From contig CM060732.1 in the NCBI GenBank assembly GCA_030704615.1, positions 42,966,001 through 43,030,000 on the forward strand: a stretch of DNA of 64,000 nt, given 5' to 3'. Both the position numbers and the translations under genes were made by a program. This document shows positions 37,001 through 51,200 of this stretch, piece after piece (position 1 is the first letter of the stretch; every line of letters starts with the position of its first letter). A model generated the notes under the pieces. That model was not told the DNA's origin and did no database searches. It saw nothing but the letters and a program-made list of their open reading frames with translations. Source of the DNA: Takakia lepidozioides. Taxonomy: Eukaryota > Plantae > Bryophyta.

Positions 37001-40000
37001 TGAGAAGATACAAGAATTGAGTTCTGCCCATACCCTTCCTACAGACTTCATACACATGGCCCGCAGCTATGCCCTTGATGGCTGCTATGTACTTGGTCTA
37101 GGATTCAGGTCGGAAGTGAAAAATCCTTCTTACTTCATTTCAATTTTTGTGTGTGTACCAATACACGCTCTTGCTTGAGATGTCAAACACCAAGTGATCC
37201 AAATTGAGGAGGAAAAATGTCATCTTCATAACCACATGATCTTAAGATCTTGAGGCTAGTCACTCAAACTGGATCTAGCTTTCTTTGTCTCTCTTCATCA
37301 TCTGTGATACCCTCCTCTGGTGTGTTCGTTTGCAGGAGCCTTGGATCCAAATTGACATTCAAGGATGTAGAAGCACTGTCACGGGAGGAGTTGGAGAGAG
37401 ATCTGGACTGTTTGGGGCTCATTTTGTTTAGAAATGAGCTGAAACCTGACAGCCGAGCAGCAATCGAAGCTTTGAAAAAGGGACAGGTATGGTTTTCTTC
37501 TTTGATTCAACACTTGGCAGCTCTTTAACAGCTTTTGCCTAGTAAGCAAATATGGGGATTTTGAAGTGTAATTTATGTGCTGTGTATATTATTATCTGAT
37601 GTATGATGTATGACTCTTACACTCAATGTTTACTGCTTGGTATTGTCATTAACTACAAATCAGCACTCATTGGTAATACATCATACTAGATAGCTGCATC
37701 TGAGATTCTGTGCAGGAATTTCCTCCTATTATGGGTTATGTGTGGCCTGGCATTTTTCTGCATATTTGAGATTGTGTCTTTGGATCTTGTTAATGTATGG
37801 AAGAGCTCTTCAGCTGAAACCATGATACTATAAAAACAACTACTTCTTCAGTATCGGCGAGCATTGAGGATAGTCATCTTTTGGGTACCCTTATTATCTG
37901 TACTTGACAGGCCAATGATTCGAGGTGTTGATTCATGGACACTTTTTTCCTCTTTCAGTACTCATTGACAAGGTCTGGGTTCCTCTCTTCGTCTTGTCCC
38001 ATCCCGCGGACATTATAAAGTACCATTTCATCTCAGTTATTTTGATGTCTGACGAGCAGGTTCGTCCGGTGATGGTGACGGGTGATAATGCACAATGTGG
38101 GCATTATATAGCAAAGGAGTGTGCAATTGTTGCGCCACATGTGCGCATCCTACTTGGTGATCTTGACAAGGAGGGCAGGTATGTTGTTTCTTCTTTGTTG
38201 CATACAAACTAACTTGTTGGGTCTGAAACAGGAGAGATAAAAAGCAGGAATACCAGGACTAAATCCCTGGCTTCTAGGTCCCTGGTTTTTAAGCACTGTC
38301 AGCCAGTGCTGGTGTTCCAGCAATCTCATCAAAAAAGGCTCAAACACTACAGAATTGGCCAGGTCTGCAGTGGGTAGTCCAGTATATGCAATTCTCACAC
38401 CGTGGGAGTGCTTTCAAACTTATATCCTTCACAGTGCCTAAGAAAGTGAACGATTATGCAATTGCAGTGTGAGATGGACACCAATGAGCATGGAGCAAGG
38501 AGGTAACACCCATGGCTTGAGCACAGACGAACTATTAAGGGACCACATGAAAGGTCTTGAAGGGGGGGTCCTAGAATTGGCAGTAACTGGCAGAGCTTTC
38601 ACCTTCCTTCGAAGATCAGGGGCAATGGAGGAGTTGCTGTTTTTCACCCGGATTTATGCACGCTTCACGCCTGCTGACAAGGTAAGATGGACTTCAGAAG
38701 TCATTAGATTATAATCAACTCTTTTATTTCACTGAGATTTGAAGATCTTTCACAAATCAATGAACCAAGTCAATGAGGTGCTGTTGGTTCTCAAGATTGT
38801 GCTTTTTTGGCCATCCCCTTCTCTGCCTGTTGACTCCATGAGGACTGGGTGGATAGTCCACGGGTCCCGCCCATTATGCTTCCTGATTTTGTATGTGATT
38901 GTTTGCAGGTGTTGGTGGCGAACATGCACCGTGATCGTGGTCTAGTGGTAGGCATGTGTGGAGATGGAGGCAATGATTGTGGTGCTCTTCGTGCAGCACA
39001 TGTAGGCATTGCTCTGAGCGAGGCTGAAGCATCGGTGGTGTCACCGTTCACTTCCAAGGAGAAATCAGTAGGGCCTGCACTCACTTTATCCACTGGATTC
39101 AGCAGTTTTGCCATAGGAGAAGTGATCTCTCATAAGGGAGAGGAAGAGGGTTGGGAGGAAGAGAAAGAAAGAATCAAGAAAAAAAGAGATTGACTGTCAT
39201 GGGAAGGCCTGAAGGGCCGAGGGGACAGTAGAAGGACCAATAGCACAGCAGAACAAATCAAAACTCCGACGAGCACCTAATGGAGGTAAGCCACTAAGCA
39301 CTTCAGGTCCTCATAGCTCAGTCCTCGAGAATGAGAACGAGAATGAACGAGAACGAATTTGTAAAGCAACACCAGAGAGAAGGAATAGCTGAATTCAATA
39401 CCATCCCAAGGCTTCAAAGTTGTTTGCTGATAATGTGGAACTGGGCAGGTGGCATCAGTAGTGGATTTGTTGAGAGAAGGACGGGGCGCTCTACACACAT
39501 CATTTGCATGCTACAAATTTCTCATCATGTATGGCTTGATGTTTTCCATACTCAAGCTATGTGCTTACTGGTAAGGTCTCTCCCATTGCCACTTAGTCTC
39601 TGATAATAAGAGCCACATTCACAGACTCCACCCAGGTGTGTGGGTTTGTAAGTTGCCAGTCCTGGAGTTAGTGATCCTCCTCTCAACCCGTTGATGGCAT
39701 GTTTTGCAGGTATGGCATCATCCTTTGCCAAATGGATTACATTTTTATCGATGGAGTGGCAGTGTTAAGTCTGGGTTATGCTATGACTTTAAGTTACCCA
39801 GAAGACAAACTGGGCAAGGTCTGGTCTCTTTCATCATGAAGTTGGTTAGTTGTTAAGCTTTGGGGCTCAGGATGTAAGAGTTCCTACATAATGACTTTGA
39901 TTGCAAGCTCTGTATTGATCAACAACCCAATGTGCATCATTAAAGTCATCCGTTCAACAAAGACACACCAAGGCATTTTTCACAGTAGGTTTAATGCAAA

Positions 40001-42758
40001 GTTTTATAGTGATTGTTTGTACACATGACTGCCAGTTCAGGCATGTTCAACACAGACCTATACCCGGAGCTAAGCTTGTGACACATGATTTACACTGAGG
40101 TCACAGATGATGGTGGGATGGGAATGAGTTGCAGGTGCGACCGACATCAAGTCTATTGGGGCCATTGAATGTGGCATCAGTGGTAGGGGTGTGGCTCATC
40201 AATCTAGTGTTCCTTGTGGGTGCCCTTTACTTCATGGTCACCGAGACTGGATACGTTAAGTGGCCTGCAATGTAAGGAACTCCTAAAAGCATGTTTCTGT
40301 GCTCATGAAAGTTGCACTTCCAGTAATGTGTATTAATGATTTGTTGGCGTCTTTCATTTGACTGTTTCCATGCAGCTATTCACATGGAGCAAGCTGGTGG
40401 ACCCTTGGAGATAATTGGGAGTCAACTGTTATTTTTTTTGTGATGTACTTTCAGTTCATCACAGCAGCATTTGTCTTCACTTTTGGATCTGCGTTTCGAA
40501 AAAATGTCTTTTATAATTGGGTTCTGTTGGTGAGTACTCTTGCTTTCAGTTCTTCTGATTAGTTTGTCAGTAAGAGTCCACTTCATGTCAAATTGTTTTC
40601 ATATATCGCAAAGGGACTGCTTTTGCATGAGCTGGGAAGACACAAAAAGAGGGCGGATGCCAGCAAGGGGGCGGATTTCGAAGAAAGATTATGAACAACA
40701 TTAAAAACAAGGTTGAGCATTTGGAAAGGAAGTAGGGGTTGATCCTACTGCCTCATGCCACTTTTCACCAAGTAAGGGGACAGGATGGGACTGGCTGCAG
40801 GTTTGCTACGGAGGATTGCTAGTATTTATGTCAGCTCTTTTACTTCTTCCTTCCAATGGCTTTACCAGCCTATGGCACGTAGCTAGTCAACCATTCAACC
40901 CTCCTAACCCTACCTCTCCTGTCTGGGTTGCATATCAGGTACGGTCTCTCGCTGTAAAGTTTCCTTCTTTCTCTCTTTTCCTCCCTGTCTTTCTCATTCT
41001 TGTTTCTTGTAGTCCTATAAGCTCTTTGAGCTTTCTGCGGACGTTATAAAGTATCATTTCTCATCTCTGTATCTCACACTTGCAGCAAAAGCTGAAAGAA
41101 ATCAACAGCAAATGGACCTGAAAATCAGCGACAGCCCTCACAAGTTACAGTTGTATTGAAAAATTACGTTAGTCCCCTGTGAGGAAAGAATCTTATAGCC
41201 AGATTACTTGTTTTCACCTCTCTTCCTCTCTTCTCAGGCATTGGGACAACTTAGGTGGGCCCACATCAGGATAGAGACTGGCAAATGCGATAACTACAGC
41301 TTGCTGGATGCCATTGTCCTGCTTGCACTAGACAACACAGTCTGGAGATTAAGACTGAAGAACTTTGCTTCTTTCACGTACCCTGCACTAAAAAATTGAA
41401 CACTGCTACTCTCATCTATTTAGAGACAGCCAATCCATTGTGAGCATTACAGCTGCCTTGTGGTATATCAGTATAATGCTCTTCACGTCGGAGATATCTT
41501 GAAGTACAACTGTAGGTTTCTGGTTGTGGTTGATTGATGGGGCTCCACTGTTCTTGTTTTCTACTGCCCACTGTCCCACAAGGTCTTTGAGCTTCCCGCG
41601 CCATAAAGTTTTGCTTTGTTTAGTTCTTATTCTTCTTTTGTTGCCACTTGTATTATAAGAATAGAGAGCACATGCAGCTTCCTGTCATTTTTAGGGACAG
41701 CCAATCCTTCGAAAACCATATTCTTTATGAAGATCGGAGCTCGCAGCATATCTGGAGGCTAGCCAACTACTACGTGTTGAGTAGTGCTGGGGTAGAAAGC
41801 GCAAGGACTCAGATGAGTGCCTCAGTGACAGGAAGAAATCTTGGAGAAACAGAAGGAAATGAAATGAACCCAAAGAGAGATGGAACTCTGAGCTTCTTAT
41901 TTTCCAACCATTTCTGTTCTGCCTCTTCAGTATTCTTGTGCCTAGAAATGGCATGAAGAGATTTTCTGAAAAACTCCGATCTGGTTCTTGCCGTTTTCGT
42001 TACAATAGAGTCAGAAGAAAGAAAAACAAGGGAACTGTTTTTGACCACACTAGGCAGAAGAGAAGGAGAGAATGTACTCATAAGACGTTGTTTGCCATAG
42101 CCTTGTGGCCATTGCGGCACAAAGGGACAGAAACTACCTTAGTCAGGGGCTGACGCCGGTAGTATGACTTACCTTGGAACAGACAATTGATCTGAGTTTT
42201 CCAGATATCCTCTAGAAATCCGTTTACACAAGCATCAATCTGCTGTGTGTGACTTGCCCAATAACTAGGCCCTAAAAGGGTCTGGGCTTTTGGCTCAGCC
42301 TTGAGATTTTCAAAGTTGGTAAACAGAGGCACAGGAACAAATCCCTTGATGGATTTGAAGAGTTTGTAACTGTCTTGGTTTTGGACAGGCAATGAATTGA
42401 GTCTAGAGGAGAATTCATATGTTATGTTGGTATGCAGGGGCATGGAGGGAAACCGTCGCCGGCCATGTCATTTGGCTTTCGGTTTCAGTTGTGGTGGCTC
42501 ATTCTTGGAAATGTAGCAAGCATCATTCTGTGGCAAAAGGTGATGTCCATTACTTTTGAAGCTGTCTTCCTGAGAAACTGTAGATAAGAAGTTCTTCAGT
42601 AAAGGTTAGAGCTCCCTTTTCAAGTACATTCTGTCCATTTGTTTTATTGCGGCTCAAAGAGACTTTGGTGACTTTCTCCGCAGGTGGTTGCAGAGGGACC
42701 AGTGGCTGAAGCCTGTGCACGCAGGTTCCCATCATCTCGCCCACAGTTTCAGCTGTAG
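28013..42758 (+). CDS. P5-type (P5B-like) P-type ATPase, multi-exon (>20 exons); N-terminal exons and start uncertain
   Basis: Exons in order encode LVPGDVV...LPCDLLIV (~33175-33313), NESSLTGE (~33454-33646), M4 [10 protein letters not shown] (34501-34631), CFDKTGTLT (34879-35151), [75 protein letters not shown] and [19 protein letters not shown]-terminal TM exons end ...[12 protein letters not shown] (TAG 42756-42758). The core introns checked are GT-AG. Confidence 0.9.
36216..36866 (-). mobile_element. 5'-truncated non-LTR retrotransposon (RTEX-like C-terminal CCHC region) inside a P5-ATPase intron
   Basis: [33 protein letters not shown]...[24 protein letters not shown]. The 3' end (minus strand) is ...gcggacgttataaagcaccatttcattt. 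Confidence 0.8.
41225..41400 (+). mobile_element. Older, degenerate copy of the same LINE C-terminal region
   Basis: [17 protein letters not shown], then with frameshifts CPAC...LEIKTEE; resembles the ORF at 36315-36734. Confidence 0.5.
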
Positions 42759-45211
42759 AGTAGAGCAGCTTACAACCAATTATAATGGTTTGTCAAGGGG
42801 AATTGGTCCAAGTTTAAATTGTAGGACAGAATGTGATTTGAGTCTTACTCTAGAAAGAGGCTTGAGATTTGAGCGACCCTAGCAAAGCTGCAAAATTGAG
42901 CTGTGTGATGTCACCCTAGGTTGTACTCAATAATCTATTAATCTGCAATATGAGCTGTCTTGCTGATTTGCAGTTGCTTGGCCCAGACTCTGCATCCAAT
43001 GCAATACTGTTAACGCTAGGGCTCAGAAGGTCCAAGAAGTTGTTGGATGTCTGTCTGCCCCTTTAAGAAGAGACATACATGTACCTGGTAAGCTAACCTG
43101 TTATAAGCTTCGTCATCAGTTAACAATCCAATGCATCTAAAAGCAGAGCACATCTGATTAGTACAAGTAAGACTTTCCACACTCATACTCGCACCACCAG
43201 CCCCATGCCAGCAGCTGTATTTAAGAAAATTACCGCGTCACTCCATCTACAGCAATTCCTTTCCATCAACCTGCACTTAGACCAATGTCTTAAAGTTTGA
43301 GTTTCACTCAGTGTGCCATCAAGATCTGTGTGGAATGATCAGTGAGAACTTCTCTCCACTAAGTTGAAACCATGCATCCAGTGAAGAGATTAAGAAGAAA
43401 ATTTAACCAAAGAATGTCAAAACTGTTACAAAACCCACTGGTATATGGCACATGGGATAGTGAGCATTTGCTTCTTCTGGACGGATAGTGGTGCCGCTTC
43501 TGCATCACAGGCAGCATTTCTGAGAAGTGCCCTTTGTGTCCTGTGCAGGTCCCAAATACAAAGATGACTTTGGCTATGAAACAAAAGCACTCATACTGCA
43601 ACATCAGAGGGAACGAAAAGAAGCATAGCCAGAAGCATCGATGTCCAAGCAAATCACCTGCATGAGTTGGAACCTGTCATCCTGTCCTATACTGCCTAAT
43701 TGGCTGAACATGCAGTCATCTGATCCCTGCACATATGGCCAGAGCATAGCAGGCCGTCTTCACAGACCAACCAACGAGGAGCTCTGGCATGATGATGGTT
43801 AGTCTCCTTATGTGCCAACACCAACAGTCGATGACCATTGGACACAGATTTGGCTGGCAAATACAAATTTAACCTGTCATCCTTCAATAAGATGTGCAGC
43901 CAAGCACATCTTGTTGGAGAACAACCAAGACAACTCACATGTGCAATGATATCGCAAGAGTAGGTGTTGCACAGTGTCATAGAGTGAATTCTCTCTGCTT
44001 TCTTGGTACACCATTCAATAAACCATTGTATCTCCCACTCAAGTCTTAAGATAAAATCTACAAAACAAAACAACATGATTTGCAAGCGCATCGCCTCCTT
44101 GTTGCTCCCCTTTCCATCGCAGAACCCGGGCACGCCAACCTCCATGGCAGCACTAGAGGTAACAAGTCCGAGAAATAAAATCGGAAAGAGATTAGCACCG
44201 CACCTCATCTCAGCAAACAGTAGCTTCGAATCATGGTTAAAGATTGACATGCGGCTTTGGCCAAGCAGTGGAACGAGTTCAGTATCTCGGACATAAACAC
44301 GAGAAATCACAATGGAACGGAACCTACCGGAAGTGCAATCAGCGAGAATTGCGAGAGCATTGCTGCCACAAGAGATAGCGATGGATTCCTAACCAATGCT
44401 CACATGACGTGATTGACACTGCCTGCAGTCAGCATCTGCCACAACAACACATCCTCTAAGTATCCGCAAGAGAAAAAATCCACAGAACAATGGGGCACAA
44501 CACCCTTCAAGAAGGTCTGTCATCGATATATGGAAGCTTAGCAAGCATCTCACACATATTCAACGTGTTTGGAAAACCAGAAAAGAGCCGATGCCCTAAG
44601 CATGGACTGATATCTTCAGAGTTCCATCGGGAGAGGGGCTTACAAGTTGAGGATGGAGATGAACAACAGACTAGCCTTCTCACATCGTACACTCTTTGTC
44701 TGAGCAATTTTTGAGACCCCCACAACTATCCCTGGAAGAAGGAAAAGCAGGTTTGGCCATTCATTCACTTCACAATCTATCCCTCAGACCTTCAAGTGGA
44801 ATACAACAATGATGTGATCTTCTGCAGACAGAATGCAGCTCTACACACATTGAAAAGCAAAGGGAGGAGATGATGACAAGGACGAAGAGACTAGCTACAG
44901 TGTTACTTCAACTTTGTCCTCAAATTTCCGAAAAAGATCGAGCCTGTCAATCCCTCTCGTGAGTGATCTCCCCATCTCCTTCCCTCTCGTCTCTTCACTG
45001 TGTGGAGAGAGCAGCCGCCAAAGTGAAGCCGCAATTTGCTGGCGTGGAATATTCTCGCCTTCGTGGATGAAATCTGAATGAAAATGGCGAGCTTGGCAAA
45101 ACCAGTTTTCGAGCCTTTCAACCTGCTCTCTCCCTCTCCCTCTCTCTTTCTCTTCCTTTCTTTCTTTCTCAGAGATCGAGCCAGGGCAACAGCGTCGCGG
45201 TGCGTGCCGCC

Positions 45212-48200
45212 ATGATTTCTCAGTTCTTTGTACTGTCTTTGCGGGGTGACAACATTGTTTTCCGAGATTGTAAGATCATTTTTTTGGTTTTTTTGGGTGA
45301 CTTTTCTCTTTTTCTTGGATCACGGCTGTATGCTACTTGTCTTGTCCAATCGTCCTTCCTTTTGATTTAGAGTTAGCAAGTGGTTGTTCTCTGTTCTGTC
45401 AGGGATTTTTTTCTTTCGATCTTATCAGCATGATCCATTGACATGTTGTGTCTCCTCACTGGTTTTGGGCAGAGTAGGATTGTCTGTTTTATCGTAGACA
45501 ATTTCTGTGTGCTGTTTTGCGAAAACTGTGGACAGAAGGTAGGAAATCGACCTGGCACAATGCAATTGGCTTACTCAATACTTCGAAAGTCGTGAAGAAT
45601 ATAGGTTATGATGTCTATACCCGTCAAGTGCGTTTTAAGCTTTAAGCAGATTTGCTGCATTTTGGGCTATGGCATGGGCTTCAGTGTTCGTGTTTTTCCT
45701 TCTCAATGTTAAGTCATCTCTGCGCTGGTTGGGGCTGTCCTTATCGAGTTCTTGTGCAGCTCAGATACAGTGTTTCATTGATTGCTCATCGGAAGCACAT
45801 TTCAGCTGTTGCATTCATCGATGGGTAGATGGTTGTAGTGCAATGTTTAAGGGCTTAAACATGGCTGAATGGCACTAGACTGAATGCCATTTCTGTGCGG
45901 TATTTACTAGGCAGCAATGGGCAAGCTTAATTTTAGGTGATTCTGTAGCAGATTTAGGATGGTGTAAGATGATCGTCAAGGATCAGTACTCAGCCATAAC
46001 GAAGTGAGCTAAATAGAAGATGTGCAGAACAATATGGTATTTAAACTACAGCTAGCCACAGTCTTTCAGAATATACTTCTCATAGGAACTTCTCTGTTTT
46101 ATGAGGCGTAACCACTGGAATTTGTCCCAGCAGTGACGATTCTGGGATTTGGGGATGAACAAGAGGTGTGGATGCTCTTAGCAGATCATTTATTGAGGAA
46201 GACACTCTGGTTTTTAGGTCACATCTTTCAAGGAACGCCGAACTGCAAGTTCCAGAGGTTGTGACTTGGAATACTTATTCAATCCTCGGGCTAACCTGCA
46301 TTGTGTTGTCAATTGTGTGCAGATCGTGGGGATGTACCAAAGGGAAGTGCGGAAATCTTTTTTCGAAAGGTGAAGTTTTGGAAGGGTGAGGAGGGCGAGG
46401 AGGCACCCCCTGTGTTCGTAGGTATTCCATTCCCTTCTCTCTCACTGATATAGCTTAGTTACTTAAAAGTGTGTTACATTCTCTGCATTTGGCTGGTATG
46501 TTAGTTTATCCCAGGAATATCAAAAGCCCACGACACTTTGCCACACCATTCATACTTAGACAACATTTGGCAATCTGGCTTCAGTATTCGTGAGCTTTTT
46601 AATGGCTTTGCTTTGAGCTTGGAAGCTTTTCGTGAGCATTGACTGTACTCTGCTCATTCTGTGTGGGGGAGCTATGCATTCACTTGTTTGGGACTTTAGA
46701 TAGTGCTTTTTCACCATAGGTTTAACCTCCCTGTGCTCTACGCCAGTCAGCCTGTGCTATTAAGCCTGTTCTAATGCACAGATCTTATTTAGCATCTCCT
46801 TGGTCACGAGCCTTGGGTAGTTGCTTATAGGCCCAATGGTATGTTGTATTTGCATAGAGAGAGCAACTCAGTTTTGAGAAGGCAATCACTTGCAATGTGG
46901 TGCAGAATGTGGACGGGGTGAATTACCTGCATGTGAAGCAGGCAGGACTGCTTTTTGTGGCAACAACACGCGTAAACATTTCTCCGGCGCTCATTCTGGA
47001 GCTACTGCAGCGTATAGCCCGTGTCACTAAAGACTATCTTGGAGTTCTTAATGAGGATTCGCTCCGCAAGAACTTCGTGCTTGTCTATGAATTGCTTGAT
47101 GAAATGATTGTGAGCTTCATCTCTGTCCCATGGTTTCCTTATATTGGTGCATAGGTGTTTTGAGTGAAGTAAATAGTAGCCAGGATATGCTTGCGAGTGA
47201 CTTTCTGCCACATTAGCACTGTCCCCCTTCTGCAGGTTAATGTGCAGTTCTAACACTTAAACTCTGTCATGGGAATGTCTGCTTGTTGAGTATAGCCTTG
47301 GAACCTCTGGTTTTTCTATTTGGACATGCTTGAATGTCCTAATCTATAAGCACCTACGTGGAGGCGTAGCTTGGTGTCGTTTGCCATTGATTGGGGTTCA
47401 GGAGACTGGATCTTTGTCTTTGACAGAGGGCCGGCTGCTTTGTTACACATTGATTTAGTATGCTGGGAAGATGCACATGGTAGGTCAAAGAAAAGAAACT
47501 CAAGGTGAATGGTACTGCCCGTGTTGTGGGTATGCTGTACAGGATTTTGGGTATCCTCAGACTACGTCAACTGAGACATTAAAGTCATTTGTGTTCAATG
47601 AACCTGTGGTGGTGGATGCAGCTCGCATCCCATCACTTGGTCCTGCTGCCATTTTCATTGTGAGTTGTTTCCCGTTTAAGGTTTCAGTCTACCTGACATT
47701 CTCAGCAGAAAGAATTGTATGCCGATGTTTGTATAGTTGTCTGCTACGTTAGCTTATTGTGGTGCGAGTGTGTTTAGCTCTATTGACGCACATGGGAGTG
47801 TGACAGCAAGGGACAAAGCGAGTGCCGGGAACAGCTGTAACCAAGTCAGTCGTCGCAAATGAGACTGGAGGGAAGAAGCGCGAGGAAGTCTTTGTGGATA
47901 TCATTGAAAAGATTAGTGTGACCTTCAACTCCAGTGTAAGTTACACCTTCTGAACTTTTTGGAGACATACCATGGTGGCCCTTAAACTGCTGAAGTGATG
48001 CTACTGATGTAGCTAGTTCCTAAGCAGGCGTCTGCAACTGAATGCACCCATGTGCTGCATGCAAAACTATGTGGCGAGGCATAGTTGGCACCCTTCTAGC
48101 CATTCTGTAATGTATAGTGGGTGTAAGTGTTGTCGACCATTTCTCCTGACAGGAGCCCGCACTGCCGCACAAGAAAAGGGCTTCTTTTCTTGTAAACTTG

Positions 48201-51200
48201 TTCTGCTTAATCGTACATCCCTCTTGTATTGTCAGAATGTCAGCCACATCATGCTACCCAGTAGACATGGCTGGGTGTTTCTAAAAGTTCATGAGGTGCA
48301 TGACATGTATGGCACTAAAAGACAGCTCAAAACTCCAGCACGATTTTGGAATGGCTTTTGTGGTCAAGTGAAAATGATCTCATAGGGATTTTTCTAGGAG
48401 TATATAAACTGCCTAGCATATATACCACATTTGGTGAAAAATTAGCATTCATCGGCATAGACTACAAGTTGGGCATATACCTCCTGCAGTGCAGCTGTTT
48501 CACCCATCTCACGCAATTATAGGCAAAATAAGAAGTGCATATACTTTGCATCTCTAGGTTGCAAATTATATTTTTCCCTAAATATGTTGGGGCCATGGGA
48601 TGGAGCAGGGCTATATTTTAACATCAGAGATTGATGGGACCATCCAGATGAAGAGCTATCTTTCAGGAAACCCTGAAATCCGTGTGGCTTTGAATGAGGA
48701 CCTCACCATTGGTCGTAGCAGCAACAGCAGCTATGGTTATTTCCCTAGTTCTTCATCTGCATACGGTTTTTCAATTGCAGTTGGCAATGGAAGTGGTCAA
48801 TGGCTTACTGCATCTCTCTAGGCTAAGTCGGAAGACATCTATTATGTATACTACTGTTGAAAAGACTGAGAGAGAGCATATAAGGATGCAACAAGAATGG
48901 AGGTAATGGTGTGGTGCATTGGCAGAGGCTGGTCAGATGTAGGTAGAAGGTCCTCATAGAGACTTGCCTGATACTTACTTTAAAATAATCATGCAGCTCC
49001 AGAATATGGCGGAGGAGCTGGAGTGGGGGTGGTGCTTTTGGATGACTGCAACTTCCATGAATCAGTGAAACTGGATCACTTTGACCTGGACCACACCCTC
49101 ACACTGGTATGTACATTAGGTAGAGATGACCACAAAGATGTACAAACTGCAGATCCTAACCAGTGCCTTTTTGGGGTTGCTCTGCTACCAAACTCTATCA
49201 TAGGTACCATGTTCCCACCTTCTTGGACTGCCACTAATGCAGGTACCTCCAGATGGGGAGTTTCCAGTTATGAACTATCGAATGACTCAGGAGTTCAAAC
49301 CTCCTTTCAAAGTGTTTCCCGTAATTGAAGAGGCCGGTCCTTTCAAGGTACTGCAGCAGTGGTGCTATCCTCTCTTTATGTGGACTTGGGTGATCCCATT
49401 TCTTAGGCTCTAAATCCATTCTGTTTGGTCTTGAGAACTGTGAGGAAGGCCATTTTGACATGTTGGCTGCTCAAGATGCTGAATATAGGAGTAAAGTTGT
49501 GTGTTCTGACCATTTATTGAGGATGTGTGGACTGTATGAGACACAACGTCCTTGGATTTAGGGCTATTTGTGATAGGGTCTCTGCTAAGGTCTTTGCGCA
49601 GACGTTGTTAGTTATAGCTTATGCAGGGGCAAGTCAATGCGGGTGTGTGGTTTATTTATTGACTTACTTCGAAGATTGAAGTCAGTGTCTACGAGCATGT
49701 TTCTTTTCCCTTCTTGATGGACTCAAGATATATGACCAGACCTCTATTAGTGTCTATCCAACCTTATCTTGCCACCTGTGCCAGGCTGAGGTGGTGCTGA
49801 AAGTTCGGGCTGACTTCCCAACTTCCATCACAGCAAATATGGTAGCTCTATGTGTACCACTTCCAAAAACAACTACAAGGTGCTCTACTTGATTGCATTT
49901 TGCCCAAAATTACAGAATTCTGATATGGCTGGAATTTGCATCCCAAACCTCGGTGCAATACTGTAGTCAGAAATTGTTTCTCAAACAATATTGAGTCTTG
50001 AAGTAGGCAGTGGCCTTTTTACCCATTTGTTCAAAAGTTTTAAAGATCTTCTCATGATAGATGACTTGTGAACTCTCAATGTCAATGCTTAAGCTGACAT
50101 AAAGCTATGTGTAGACCTGGAGTCTGGTGCAGAGTCAGGAGGAGTTTCCACTTCTATGTTCATTCAGTGTTTAGTTATTTGAGTGAGGTAGTGGTTTACA
50201 GTGTCAAGAGGTGGGAATGGGCTGGTAGGGTGACCTTTGATTTGGAGTCCGGAGCTATTGGTCAGACCACGGACTTCAAGGAGGCCAACAAGGTTTTGGA
50301 ATGGTGTTGCAGAAAGGTGAATCAAAAGCTGTTATTATGATGTTTTCGTCTGCTCATAAACATAAGTTTATTTCCACTCATCTCACTCAATTCAATGCAT
50401 TTTTCTTCCTTTTAATTTTGATCTTAGAAACAGTTCAAGTCAACTCTGCAGTTTGAAGGTGTTCATTTTTCACTTGTTTGATTTATCCAACGTCATCAAG
50501 TCTTGCAATGCCAGATTGTTGGAGGTTCTGAGCACACTTTGCGGGCAAAGCTTACTCTGTCTCAGGAAAGAAATGGTAGGATACCTTTTTTATTCATTGT
50601 CCTTACATCTGGTGTTGTAAATTTCCTGTACATTGTAGTCTGGGGGCTTTTTCAGTTTCTATGGCTTACTCAGTCGGAGTCTCCCAATGGCAAATGGGGA
50701 TGTTTCAATACTAGAGTATCACTGCGCCTACTTATGTGACCTGCCCCCTGCAACCAGGATAGTGGGCATCCACTATCTGTGATGAACTCAAATGTGCATT
50801 GCAAAATTCTGTGGCCAGAGACATTGTGATGAATACTACAGAGTGTTAGTGTTACTGAGAATGGAGGCTCCTGCTGAGTCTAGGTTGGAGTTTCACTCAT
50901 ATGCGTATTTAGTTCCAAACCTGGCTACATCTGGGCCCACCTCATGCTCTATGGACAGGCATTTGAAGCAGGATTCACAGGAAATTCAATGGCAAGAAGA
51001 CTCCAGTTGTAGCTGGTGTAAATAAGAGCTCCACCTTACAGCTACTGCCCCTTGTCGGGGGTAGGTTCTTGAGTAGCCAAAATACTGAAACAGATGCTAT
51101 GTCCCTTGGATTGAACCCACGTAGCTTGGTTGCACCACTTTTTGGTACTTGCTGCCTACTGTCTCCAAGAGCCCTGGGAATTGCAGTCGCCACGGCAGCC

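Noticed and set aside
43696-44310. 204-aa minus-strand ORF as a protein-coding gene
   Set aside because: Non-ATG start and no recognisable motif. Kept only as a weak finding.
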